Positions 8,910 to 16,415 of a stretch of DNA of 46,495 nt are shown here, piece after piece. The stretch's first letter is position 1. Every line of letters begins with the position of its first letter. Made by a program: the position numbers and the translations under genes. The stretch spans positions 1 through 46,495 of the forward strand of contig JBHPIX010000003.1 in NCBI GenBank assembly GCA_042568285.1, given 5' to 3'. The notes under the pieces are model-generated. The model searched no databases and was not told the origin of the DNA. It was given only the letters and a program-made list of their open reading frames with translations. This stretch comes from Patescibacteria group bacterium (GTDB taxonomy: Bacteria > Patescibacteriota > Patescibacteriia > JAZDEU01).

Positions 8910-9446
8910 ATGAAGTATAAAATAAAATTAAACTTTAAAAATGATCCAAATCAAATAAAAATTTATTTTGATAAAAAACTTTCATATTCAAAAGAATCAC
9001 AAACATTTTATACAGATATAATGCAAATCCCAAAAGACAAAGAATATATAAAAAATATATTTATCAAATATCAACTAATTAAAAGTATATCTGTTGATTT
9101 CGATAATATTCTTATAATAAAAGGAGAACTGGCCATATGGAAAAACATGAAAGAAGGAATTCTTAAAATTTTGTCTGAAGAATTAGGGGAAGATGGCGAG
9201 GAGGAGCTAACTGAAGTAAAAGATGAGGAGGATAACGACATTATTAATGTTTTTTCTAATGATGTTAATAAATTATTTGATAAAGCTGTTAATTTTCTAA
9301 CAGGATTCAGAACAAAATTAAGAAAAGATAGTGAGGAAATGAAAAAAAGTAATGAGGAAAGAAAAGAAAGGTGGGATAAGAACCACAAAGAATTCATGAA
9401 ACAAATAAATGATCTGAATCAAAAAATAGAGGATAAATTAAAATAA
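8910..9446 (+). CDS. Hypothetical charged, coiled-coil-like protein
   Basis: RBS aaaaggagaaaaaATG at 8910. The track ORF starting at 8802 begins inside GC repeats, so the internal ATG is preferred. A strong terminator follows. Confidence 0.55.
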   Translation: MKYKIKLNFKNDPNQIKIYFDKKLSYSKESQTFYTDIMQIPKDKEYIKNIFIKYQLIKSISVDFDNILIIKGELAIWKNMKEGILKILSEELGEDGEEELTEVKDEEDNDIINVFSNDVNKLFDKAVNFLTGFRTKLRKDSEEMKKSNEERKERWDKNHKEFMKQINDLNQKIEDKLK

Positions 9447-9464
9447 TCTACTCCTTAAACTAAC

Positions 9465-9513
9465 AAAGACCTTCCGATTTCATAAAAAAATGAAATCGCG
9501 AAGGTCTTTTTTC
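9465..9513 (+). terminator. Intrinsic terminator
   Basis: aaagaccttccgatttca / tgaaatcgcgaaggtcttt gives an 18-bp stem with one bulge, followed by a T-run. Confidence 0.8.
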
Positions 9514-9639
9514 TTTACCAAAACCTAGCTGTCATCCCGTACTTGATACGGGATCCAGTTTAAAAAATAGATACCTCTATAGAGTACTCTATGGGGGTTT
9601 CTACCGCGTCCGCCTTTGGAGGATAGAAACCCCTAAAAT

Positions 9640-10770
9640 TTACCAAAATATTAAATTTTTAACTAAAAACCAATATAAATTAAAAATTGGATTCGCCACA
9701 TATCGCAATAATGGATTATCAATTTCCTGATACATAATTTTGCCCACAAAACTATTAGTGAATTCCCTATCAGAAATTTTTCTTGTTTTCTGTATTTGTC
9801 GCCGTTTTTTTAAAATGTCAGCTAAATTTTTCGGGTTAATTATATATCCATAAGCCCTCAATTTTTCTTTAGCCCAGCCAGATTTAAAAGCAAACAGCCA
9901 CATTCCGATTTCCATAGCGAGGCAGGCAGGGAAGATTAAAAGCAAAGTTCGCCATTTATAATATGTCATCAATATTCTATATCTATTCCGCTCCATATAA
10001 TAGAATTTCTTAATGCTTCGCGAAAATTCATATTTATGATACATTATGGACTGCTTTGCGATAACCACTTTATATCCTGCCATTTTTACCTTAAAACTTA
10101 AATCAGTATCTTCATGATACAAAAAATATTCTTCATCTAATAAACCAGTTTGTCGTAAAACATTCGCCCTAAACAGCGCGCTCGCGCAACTTGCGTATGT
10201 TATTGATGGAATTTCGAATTTCGAATTTCGAATTTCGAATTTTTTCCCATTCCCCTTACAAAAACCAAATCCTAAAAAATGCAATTCATTACCTTCGCTA
10301 TTAACTATAAAATCACCATTCTTTAAAGATACATTTCCAGTCGTTTTGCATGCCCCCCTCCTTTCTGAGGAGGGGGTTAGGGGGTGGTGCGCTAAATATT
10401 GCAACATCAACGACTGAACTGCCCCTATCCGTTTATCAGACTCCGCCACTTTAACTAATTCAGAAAGCCAATTTTGCTCAACAGCAGTATCCTGATTTAA
10501 TAAAACAACATAATCATATCCATTATCTAACGCATATCTCATTCCTATATTATTTCCCTTGCAAAATCCGTCATTCTTATCATTTTTTATTATTTTAATT
10601 TCTGGAAAATTATCTTCGCAATACTTAACTGAATCATCAGTTGAACCATTATCAACCAAAATAAATTTGCAGTCATTTTTAGGATAATCCTGTTTTACAA
10701 GAGTTCCCAGACAATCAGGCAAATATTTCATCCCATTCCAATTTAAAATTACAACAGCTGTTTTTGGCAT
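9640..10770 (-). CDS. Family 2 glycosyltransferase (rhamnosyltransferase-like)
   Basis: VVILNWNG..LVDNGSTDDS..VVLLNQDT are GT2 signatures. The gene carries two internal repeat insertions, listed next. Confidence 0.8.
   Translation of the reverse strand: MPKTAVVILNWNGMKYLPDCLGTLVKQDYPKNDCKFILVDNGSTDDSVKYCEDNFPEIKIIKNDKNDGFCKGNNIGMRYALDNGYDYVVLLNQDTAVEQNWLSELVKVAESDKRIGAVQSLMLQYLAHHPLTPSSERRGACKTTGNVSLKNGDFIVNSEGNELHFLGFGFCKGNGKKFEIRNSKFEIPSITYASCASALFRANVLRQTGLLDEEYFLYHEDTDLSFKVKMAGYKVVIAKQSIMYHKYEFSRSIKKFYYMERNRYRILMTYYKWRTLLLIFPACLAMEIGMWLFAFKSGWAKEKLRAYGYIINPKNLADILKKRRQIQKTRKISDREFTNSFVGKIMYQEIDNPLLRYVANPIFNLYWFLVKNLIFW
10209..10243. repeat. Heptanucleotide tandem repeat inside the GT2 CDS: (gaatttc) x4 plus gaatttt
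   Basis: Read directly: ggaatttcgaatttcgaatttcgaatttcgaatttttt. It encodes KFEIRNSKFEI on the minus strand. Confidence 0.9.
10352..10392. repeat. In-frame GC-rich palindromic insertion in GT2
   Basis: gcccccctcctttctgaggagggggttagggggtggtgcgc, translated as AHHPLTPSSERRGA. Confidence 0.8.
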
Positions 10771-11066
10771 ATCTTATATATCTAAAATTTAGTCAGTTAG
10801 TGCCCCCCTCTATGAGGGGGGACAGGGGGATGTTTTAAAAGAGAATCCCCCTAAAAGGGGGAACTAATATCTAAATTATTCTTCACCCCCTCGCTCTATC
10901 AATCAACTCCTTTAACAACCTATAATTTTCTTCTAATTCTCTCTTACAAATATCTAAAGAAAGAATGTTATATTTTTCGTCTACTTTGCTATCTAAAAAA
11001 TTGAAAATTTAAAAATTGAAAATTGGGAATTGATTGAAAATTAAAAATTAAAAATTTATTTAAAAT

Positions 11067-12686
11067 TTAAAATTTAAAATTTGATATTGTATATATATCC
11101 CCAGCTCCCATCAACAACACTACATCGTTCTTTCTAATATTCTCTAAAATTATTTTGCGACACTTGGATAAATTACTGGCATATATAACCTTATTTGTCA
11201 TTCCGCCTGCCCCCTCCGATTCGGCGGGCAAGCGCCGATTTGGAGGGAGCTTGCCAAGGAATCTCTTGTCATCCCGCGCTTGATGCGTTTTTGTCATCCC
11301 GTGCTTGACACGGGATCCAGCACTATCCAATTCTAGATTCCCGCTTCCGCGGGAATGACATGTCAATAACTTTTTTCTATTTTCAGGAAACTTCCTCTCC
11401 CTTATAGCTTCTACCAATTCCTTACTGCTCACACGATCTTTTATATCCTCTCTACCCTCAACATGATAAACTTCTGACAAAATCACTAAATCAGCTTGAT
11501 CAAAACTTTCTACAAATTCATTAAAAAGCATTTTTGTCCTATTCCACGAATGCGACTGAAAAACCGCTACAATCCGTCGCTTTGGATAAAATTCTTTCGC
11601 GGCTTTTATTGTTTGTTTTATTGCGGTAGGATGATGAGCGTAATCTGAAACAATTATAGCGCCTTTATAATTTCCCACAATTTCAAATCTTCGCCATATT
11701 CCCTTGAACTCCCCTATCGCCTTTTGAATTTTTTTAAATTCAGCGTCTTCAGATAAAGCTGTTGCAATTGCCGCTAAAGCATTGTAAACATTAAATTTCC
11801 CAGGAATTTTTAATTTTATTTCTCCAATTTTTTTATTTTTAAAAATTAAATCAAAAATTTGACATTTTTTTTGAATTTTTAAATTTTTTGCGATTAAATT
11901 AGCTTTTTTTTCTATTCCGTAACTAATCTTCTTTCCATTATAAGTTTTAACTATTTCAGTTATATTTTTATCATCATTATTAAAAATCAACACTCCATTA
12001 TTTTGCGACACTTGACTAATATACTTTTTAAATGTTCTTTTTATATGATCTAAATTTTTATAATAATCTAAATGATCAGCTTCAATATTGGTTAAAACAA
12101 TTGTCTCTGCTTTTAACTTCAACATCGCTTCCCTATACTCGCACGCCTCCACCACAAACAATCCTTCTTTTTTTAGCTCCCCCATTCGTGTAGATTCGTT
12201 ATTAAATTCGTGCTCGCCCGCCGTATCGGCGGGTTGATTCGTGTCCCCCCACTTGCTTCCAACTATTACAGTGGGGTCAAGCCCAGCTTTTTCCAAAATC
12301 CATCCGAGCATCGCGGTTGTAGTTGACTTTCCATTTGTTCCAGAAACAGCGATTGTTCTCATTTCCCTGCTTAATATTCCAAGCAACTGTGGATAACTTA
12401 CCACTTTTATACCCAATTTCTGACTTTTTATTCTTTCCACATTATCTTCTGGCACAGCATTTGAATAAATCGCTAAATCCAGATCGGCATGAACATTTTC
12501 TGCTTTATGCCCAATATAAATTTTGGCGCCTTTCTTTTTTACCTCTTTTACAATTTCTGAATCAAAAGCGTCAGAGCCGCTCACCTGTTTCCCCATCGCC
12601 AGCATTAACTTAGCAATAGCGCTCATACCAATACCGCCTATTCCTATAAAATGTATTTTTTTTATTTTTGATAAATCCATTGACAT
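11067..12686 (-). CDS. murC: UDP-N-acetylmuramate--L-alanine ligase
   Basis: IHFIGIGGIGMSAIAKLM..GSD and VSGTNGKSTTTAM. At 539 aa it is lengthened by two repeat-derived insertions. Confidence 0.9.
   Translation of the reverse strand: MSMDLSKIKKIHFIGIGGIGMSAIAKLMLAMGKQVSGSDAFDSEIVKEVKKKGAKIYIGHKAENVHADLDLAIYSNAVPEDNVERIKSQKLGIKVVSYPQLLGILSREMRTIAVSGTNGKSTTTAMLGWILEKAGLDPTVIVGSKWGDTNQPADTAGEHEFNNESTRMGELKKEGLFVVEACEYREAMLKLKAETIVLTNIEADHLDYYKNLDHIKRTFKKYISQVSQNNGVLIFNNDDKNITEIVKTYNGKKISYGIEKKANLIAKNLKIQKKCQIFDLIFKNKKIGEIKLKIPGKFNVYNALAAIATALSEDAEFKKIQKAIGEFKGIWRRFEIVGNYKGAIIVSDYAHHPTAIKQTIKAAKEFYPKRRIVAVFQSHSWNRTKMLFNEFVESFDQADLVILSEVYHVEGREDIKDRVSSKELVEAIRERKFPENRKKLLTCHSRGSGNLELDSAGSRVKHGMTKTHQARDDKRFLGKLPPNRRLPAESEGAGGMTNKVIYASNLSKCRKIILENIRKNDVVLLMGAGDIYTISNFKF
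11197..11359. repeat. In-frame composite repeat insertion (about 56 codons) in murC
   Basis: Family A units plus a ccgattcggcggg hairpin, translated as TCHSRGSGNLELDSAGSRVKHGMTKTHQARDDKRFLGKLPPNRRLPAESEGAGGMT. Confidence 0.85.
12183..12250. repeat. Second in-frame repeat insertion in murC
   Basis: cattcgtgtagattcgttattaaattcgtgctcgcccgccgtatcggcgggttgattcgtgtcccc, translated as GDTNQPADTAGEHEFNNESTRM. Confidence 0.75.
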
Positions 12687-12816
12687 TTTTTTAAAATAGT
12701 TATAAAATAGTTATATAAAAAGTTCTCGGCCAGGAGTCTCGCTCTATATTAAGAGTTTCGCTCCACATCGGCGGAGGATTTTTTATTATCCAGCGACGAA
12801 AAAAAATCAATACCCT

Positions 12817-13227
12817 CTATTTGTCAGGGAAACAAGACATAAAATACTTTTTCCCAATTTTTCTATCTTCTTTAATTTGAACATAAAATAATTCTTTATC
12901 TTTTGTTAATCCTATAAAACGATAGAGTATCTCTTTTTTATTTGTAGATCGCTTTTCAATTGTAGGTTGATTTCTTGAACTCTTTATTAATTCTATCGCT
13001 ACTTTAAAATATTGCAACCTATAAAATCTTTTTTTAGGACTCTTTTGTCGTAAATGCTCCCAAAAATAGGTAAAAAAAACTTTATTCTTTTTAAAATATG
13101 CTGAACGGATATAAGGATTTCTTTTTGTTTTAGAAACAATATCCTTATAAATTATTTTTGCATTTTTACTAACCTCTTTTAAATTCGTCCCACTTATTTT
13201 TCCTGACTTTGATTGATAAGCTATCAT
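12817..13227 (-). CDS. Hypothetical basic protein
   Basis: 136-aa ORF, Lys/Arg-rich, 4 nt downstream of the preceding ORF. No family recognised. Confidence 0.5.
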   Translation of the reverse strand: MIAYQSKSGKISGTNLKEVSKNAKIIYKDIVSKTKRNPYIRSAYFKKNKVFFTYFWEHLRQKSPKKRFYRLQYFKVAIELIKSSRNQPTIEKRSTNKKEILYRFIGLTKDKELFYVQIKEDRKIGKKYFMSCFPDK

Positions 13228-13230
13228 ATT

Positions 13231-13572
13231 TTAAACCCTCCAAAACCCCTCAAAATAAATTTTATCATCATTAAATACTTCCACAACTTTATATTTGCCT
13301 TTGGTATATATTTTTTCTCCATCCAAAAAATGCGTTGCTTCTAAAATTAGAATACTTGCTTTTGGACGCGACAAAATCTGATTTCCTTTTGTTTGGATTA
13401 GAGGAATTTCTCCAAAAAGCCAAAAATTCCTTTGGTCTTTTTTTAGAAAAGGATAAATTTCACCAGCTTCAATATTTTCAGGAATGCACTCCTCTAATTT
13501 ACGATTACCATTTTTATATTCAGAAATACTCCTTAAAGCAAGATCTGGATTGTATTCTACTTGTATGCCCAT
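13231..13572 (-). CDS. Hypothetical protein
   Basis: 113-aa ORF, tightly linked to 12817..13227. No family recognised. Confidence 0.5.
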   Translation of the reverse strand: MGIQVEYNPDLALRSISEYKNGNRKLEECIPENIEAGEIYPFLKKDQRNFWLFGEIPLIQTKGNQILSRPKASILILEATHFLDGEKIYTKGKYKVVEVFNDDKIYFEGFWRV

Positions 13573-13763
13573 AAAAATTTAAGTGGTAAATTTATGTAAT
13601 GACAAATTTTATTTATTTGTCATCCCGCAAATCGTAGCAACGATTATGCGGGATCTATTTTTATTTTAATACTGGATTCCGTGTCAAGCACGGAATGACA
13701 AAAGTAAATTTTATTGCATTTTTATACAGCTAAAAATAAATTTTACATTTTGAACTTTGCATT

Positions 13764-14126
13764 TTAATTTTTTATAATATACCCCCAAAAAATCAAAATT
13801 CCAATTATCACAGCCGCGATAGAAGCAATTAAAACCATAGCCGCCATAATATCCTTAATTTCTTTTGCGTATTCATGTATTCTCGGCAATAAAACATCAA
13901 CCATTCTTTCAAACGCGCTATTGATAAGCTCTAAAACCAATACAAACATTATAACTAAAATTAGAGCTATTGTCTGATTAGCTGTAATTTTAAAATAAAT
14001 GGACATTAAAATCACACACAAAGCAGAAAAAATTTCTATGCGAAAATTTTGTTCTTTTTTAAAAACATCAACTACACCTCTTATAGCATACTTAAAACTT
14101 CTTTTTATATTTTTTATGTTTAACAT
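13764..14126 (-). CDS. dgkA: Diacylglycerol/undecaprenol kinase family protein
   Basis: 120 aa with three hydrophobic helices. FKYAIRG..EQNFRIE..LELINSAFERMVD is DgkA-like. Confidence 0.75.
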   Translation of the reverse strand: MLNIKNIKRSFKYAIRGVVDVFKKEQNFRIEIFSALCVILMSIYFKITANQTIALILVIMFVLVLELINSAFERMVDVLLPRIHEYAKEIKDIMAAMVLIASIAAVIIGILIFWGYIIKN

Positions 14127-14332
14127 ATATAGTAACTAATTTTAAATTTCTAATTTCTAATTTTCATTGAATTTCTAATTTTCAATTTTTAAACTTTAAC
14201 TATTTTGCTCTTCGTTTGAAAATTAATTCATTGGGAATTGTTTGAAAATTTGATACATTGAAAATTGATTGAAAATTAAAAATTGAAAATTGAAAATTAT
14301 TAAATATCTATTCGTATATTTGGATTATATGA
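14127..14332. repeat. AT-rich period-7 microsatellite blocks (aatttct / gaaaatt variants)
   Basis: ctaatttctaatttctaattttc .. ttgaaaattgattgaaaattaaaaattgaaaattgaaaatt. Similar blocks lie at about 10998-11092, 35341-35466, 37281-37380, 39721-39760 and 42540-42660. Confidence 0.8.
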
Positions 14333-15727
14333 CTATTTACAAACCAACACCTCCAAACTCTCCCTCCCGCACTTCTCCCAACTAAATTTTTGTGCCTGCT
14401 CTAATCCACCCTTCACCATCGCACATCTTAATTTTTCATCACTTAATAGCTTCAATATACCGTCAGCAATCTCTTTTGGCTCATTAGGATTTACAAACAG
14501 CGCAACGTCAGAAGCCACCTCTCGCAAAGCTGGAATATCCGAAGCTAAAACTGGAACGCCACAAGCCATTGCTTCTAATACAGGTATTCCAAATCCTTCG
14601 TAAAAACTAAGAAAAGTGAACAACTCCGCGCCTGCTAATAAATACGGCAAATCTTCCTGATCTGTCCACCCTAATTCAATTATATCATTTTCAAGCCCTT
14701 TCTCCTTAATAATTTTTTTAACTTTTTCATATCCATATCCCCGCCTGCCTGCTAAAACTAATTTAATTCTATTGACAAATTCTTGTGATATGCTATACTG
14801 TATTTGTGTATCAAACAGTGAAACCTCATCCGTGTTTCGCGGACCAACTAAAACATCTTCACATTCAGTGGGGATGTTTTTATTTTTGGCATCTTCAATT
14901 TTTATGTTATAATAATTTATGTGGCGGTGCGGAGAGTAAAGCGCCTCGGAGGCGCCGCTGTTTGATACACAGACGGTCTGCTTTACAGCGGATGGGGTTC
15001 GACTCCCCTTCTCTCCGCCGCTTTCAGAAAACACTTTCTTATCGGAAGTGTTTTTTGATCTCTTTAACAACCCAAACGCTTCCACCAGCCCCTTAATATT
15101 CTTCTTCTCTTCCAATCTGCCAATGTAAAAAATGTACGGACTATCTATTTTATACTTATCTAAAACCTGCTTAACTTTATTTTTTTCCAGCTGGATATTA
15201 TATTTTTTATCATCATATCCATTATAAACAACTTTTAATTTGTCAGATGAGACTTTAAACAAATCAATTATCTCATTTTTTGTAAATTCAGAAATAACAA
15301 TAATTTTTTTAGCATGTTTTAATGAATACCTGACTGTCCATTTATGATACAAATATGCAGGCAATGAATATAATTTTTTAAATCTTTCAAATCCTACGTC
15401 ATGCCATGTTACCACTGTATTTCTTGCGTAAATCAATGGAATAGAATGGGCTGGTATAAATAAAACATCTGGCTGATTAAAAAGCATTTCTAATGATAAT
15501 CTTCCTTGTGTCCAAAGATACTTAAATGGCCATTTTAAAATTTTGTTCTCCCAATTATCTGGCAGTTTCGCCAAGTCGCCAGACAATGGCTTTTTAGAAT
15601 ACAAAATAATTTTATGTTCAGAATTTTTAGTAATTTTTTTTAATTCTTCTATCAAAAAAAAAGAATACCACTCCGTGCCTGTCTTATTCAGTTTATCAGC
15701 TCTTGAAGCATCTATTCCTATTGTCAT
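14333..15727 (-). CDS. GT4-family glycosyltransferase carrying a 95-codon insertion
   Basis: C-terminal domain reads FLSFYEGFGIPVLEAMACGVPVLASDIPALREV. Residues about 224-319 are encoded by the reverse complement of the RNA module at 14772-15056. Confidence 0.8.
   Translation of the reverse strand: MTIGIDASRADKLNKTGTEWYSFFLIEELKKITKNSEHKIILYSKKPLSGDLAKLPDNWENKILKWPFKYLWTQGRLSLEMLFNQPDVLFIPAHSIPLIYARNTVVTWHDVGFERFKKLYSLPAYLYHKWTVRYSLKHAKKIIVISEFTKNEIIDLFKVSSDKLKVVYNGYDDKKYNIQLEKNKVKQVLDKYKIDSPYIFYIGRLEEKKNIKGLVEAFGLLKRSKNTSDKKVFSESGGEKGSRTPSAVKQTVCVSNSGASEALYSPHRHINYYNIKIEDAKNKNIPTECEDVLVGPRNTDEVSLFDTQIQYSISQEFVNRIKLVLAGRRGYGYEKVKKIIKEKGLENDIIELGWTDQEDLPYLLAGAELFTFLSFYEGFGIPVLEAMACGVPVLASDIPALREVASDVALFVNPNEPKEIADGILKLLSDEKLRCAMVKGGLEQAQKFSWEKCGRESLEVLVCK
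14805..14887 (+). ncRNA. Seed RNA A1 of RNA module copy 1
   Basis: Promoter TTGACA 14772-14777, 16 nt, TATACT 14794-14799. The 5' end TGTGTATCAAACAG (14805-14818) is the reverse complement of 14958-14971 in B1. Terminator is an 11-bp stem AACATCTTCAC/GTGGGGATGTT plus a T-run (14852-14887). Confidence 0.55.
14921..15056 (+). ncRNA. tRNA-like RNA B1 of RNA module copy 1
   Basis: Extended -10 TGtTATAAT at 14905-14913. Closing stem GCGGAGAG/CTCTCCGC (14929-14936 / 15011-15018) can extend by 3 bp after a 2-nt bulge. GC hairpin GCGCC-TCGGA-GGCGC. 7-bp arm CCGCTGT/ACAGCGG. T-arm GGGG-TTCGACT-CCCC at 14994-15008. Terminator AAACACTT/AAGTGTTT plus T-run at 15029-15056. Confidence 0.6.
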
Positions 15728-15802
15728 AAAATGTCATCCCGCACTTGATGCGGGATCTATTTTCTGGATTCCGCATCAAGTGCGGAATGACAAAATAAAT
15801 AA

Positions 15803-16192
15803 TCATCTTTTAAATATACTAAAAATCCTCTTAAATATCCCCCGCTTTTCTTTTTCCCCAGTTTTAACAGGAACAACAGTCTCCGTCCACATCCCCTCCA
15901 ATATCCCACTCATCCTATCTATTTCCCTACTCACAACATCACCATCATATTCAGCGCTATGCATATTAGAACCACCATAAGACGGTTTTTTTTGATCTAT
16001 ATGCAAATTAATAATACGATCATTCCCTTTTTCATCAATGTAAACATGATACCTTGGATAAAAATTCTGTCTGCTCAAACGTTTAATATAACTAATTTTT
16101 CCAGTATGCCTGTCATAATTCTCAAAAAAGCCAAGCTTTTGCATTACAGCTTTAGTCGGCTCTAAAACTTTTTGTGGTATATTTATTTTCAT
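15803..16192 (-). CDS. Hypothetical protein
   Basis: 129-aa ORF. No family recognised. Confidence 0.5.
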   Translation of the reverse strand: MKINIPQKVLEPTKAVMQKLGFFENYDRHTGKISYIKRLSRQNFYPRYHVYIDEKGNDRIINLHIDQKKPSYGGSNMHSAEYDGDVVSREIDRMSGILEGMWTETVVPVKTGEKEKRGIFKRIFSIFKR

Positions 16193-16415
16193 ATCAAAAC
16201 AAAAAATAAAAATAATGGATTACTAAATTATTAGGAAATTGTCATCCCGCAAAATGCGGAACCCAGAACATCAGCGAAATTTCAAACAATTCTCAAAATT
16301 ATGTTATGTGCAAAGCTCATAATACCAAGCGGAGCATTTATGCGGGATCCAGTATTATTGAACATTGACTTCAAAACTGGATTCCCGCCTCCGCGGGAAT
16401 GACATAAACAAAATA

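Noticed and set aside
10998-11092. A CRISPR array, considered for both the AT-rich blocks and the GC-rich palindromes.
   Set aside because: Neither shows regular alternation of a fixed 25-40 nt repeat with unique spacers. The AT-rich blocks have a 7-nt period. The GC-rich units are scattered, in mixed orientations and mixed families. No cas genes are present.
12323-12613. Antisense ORFs within well-supported genes: 12323-12613, 14785-15096, 15543-15980, 18715-18906, 20818-21121, 32217-32706, 33183-33554, 34320-34550, 34909-35154, 38015-38413, 40133-40345 and 45450-45731.
   Set aside because: Each overlaps a longer ORF with clear family signatures on the other strand. None has start signals or recognisable motifs.
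14929-15019. B1 as a genuine tRNA, for example tRNA-Sec given the 8-bp acceptor-like stem, 6-bp GC hairpin and length of about 90 nt, or tRNA-Ile via a TTGATAC loop.
   Set aside because: I could not draw a proper anticodon arm; there is only a 4-bp stem with a G-A clash. No UCA anticodon is present. Two unpaired T separate the T-stem from the acceptor strand. The terminal stem can extend to about 11 bp, so there is no single-stranded NCCA end. The RNA also lies antisense inside a CDS. I treat it as tRNA-like, not as a tRNA.
14772-15056. The GT4 insertion as an intein or a self-splicing intron.
   Set aside because: At about 95 residues it is too short for an intein as I recall them, and I see no intein splice-junction residues (no C/S/T at the start, no HN followed by C/S/T at the end). 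I recognise no group I or group II intron features. It has consensus promoters and terminators on the opposite strand instead.
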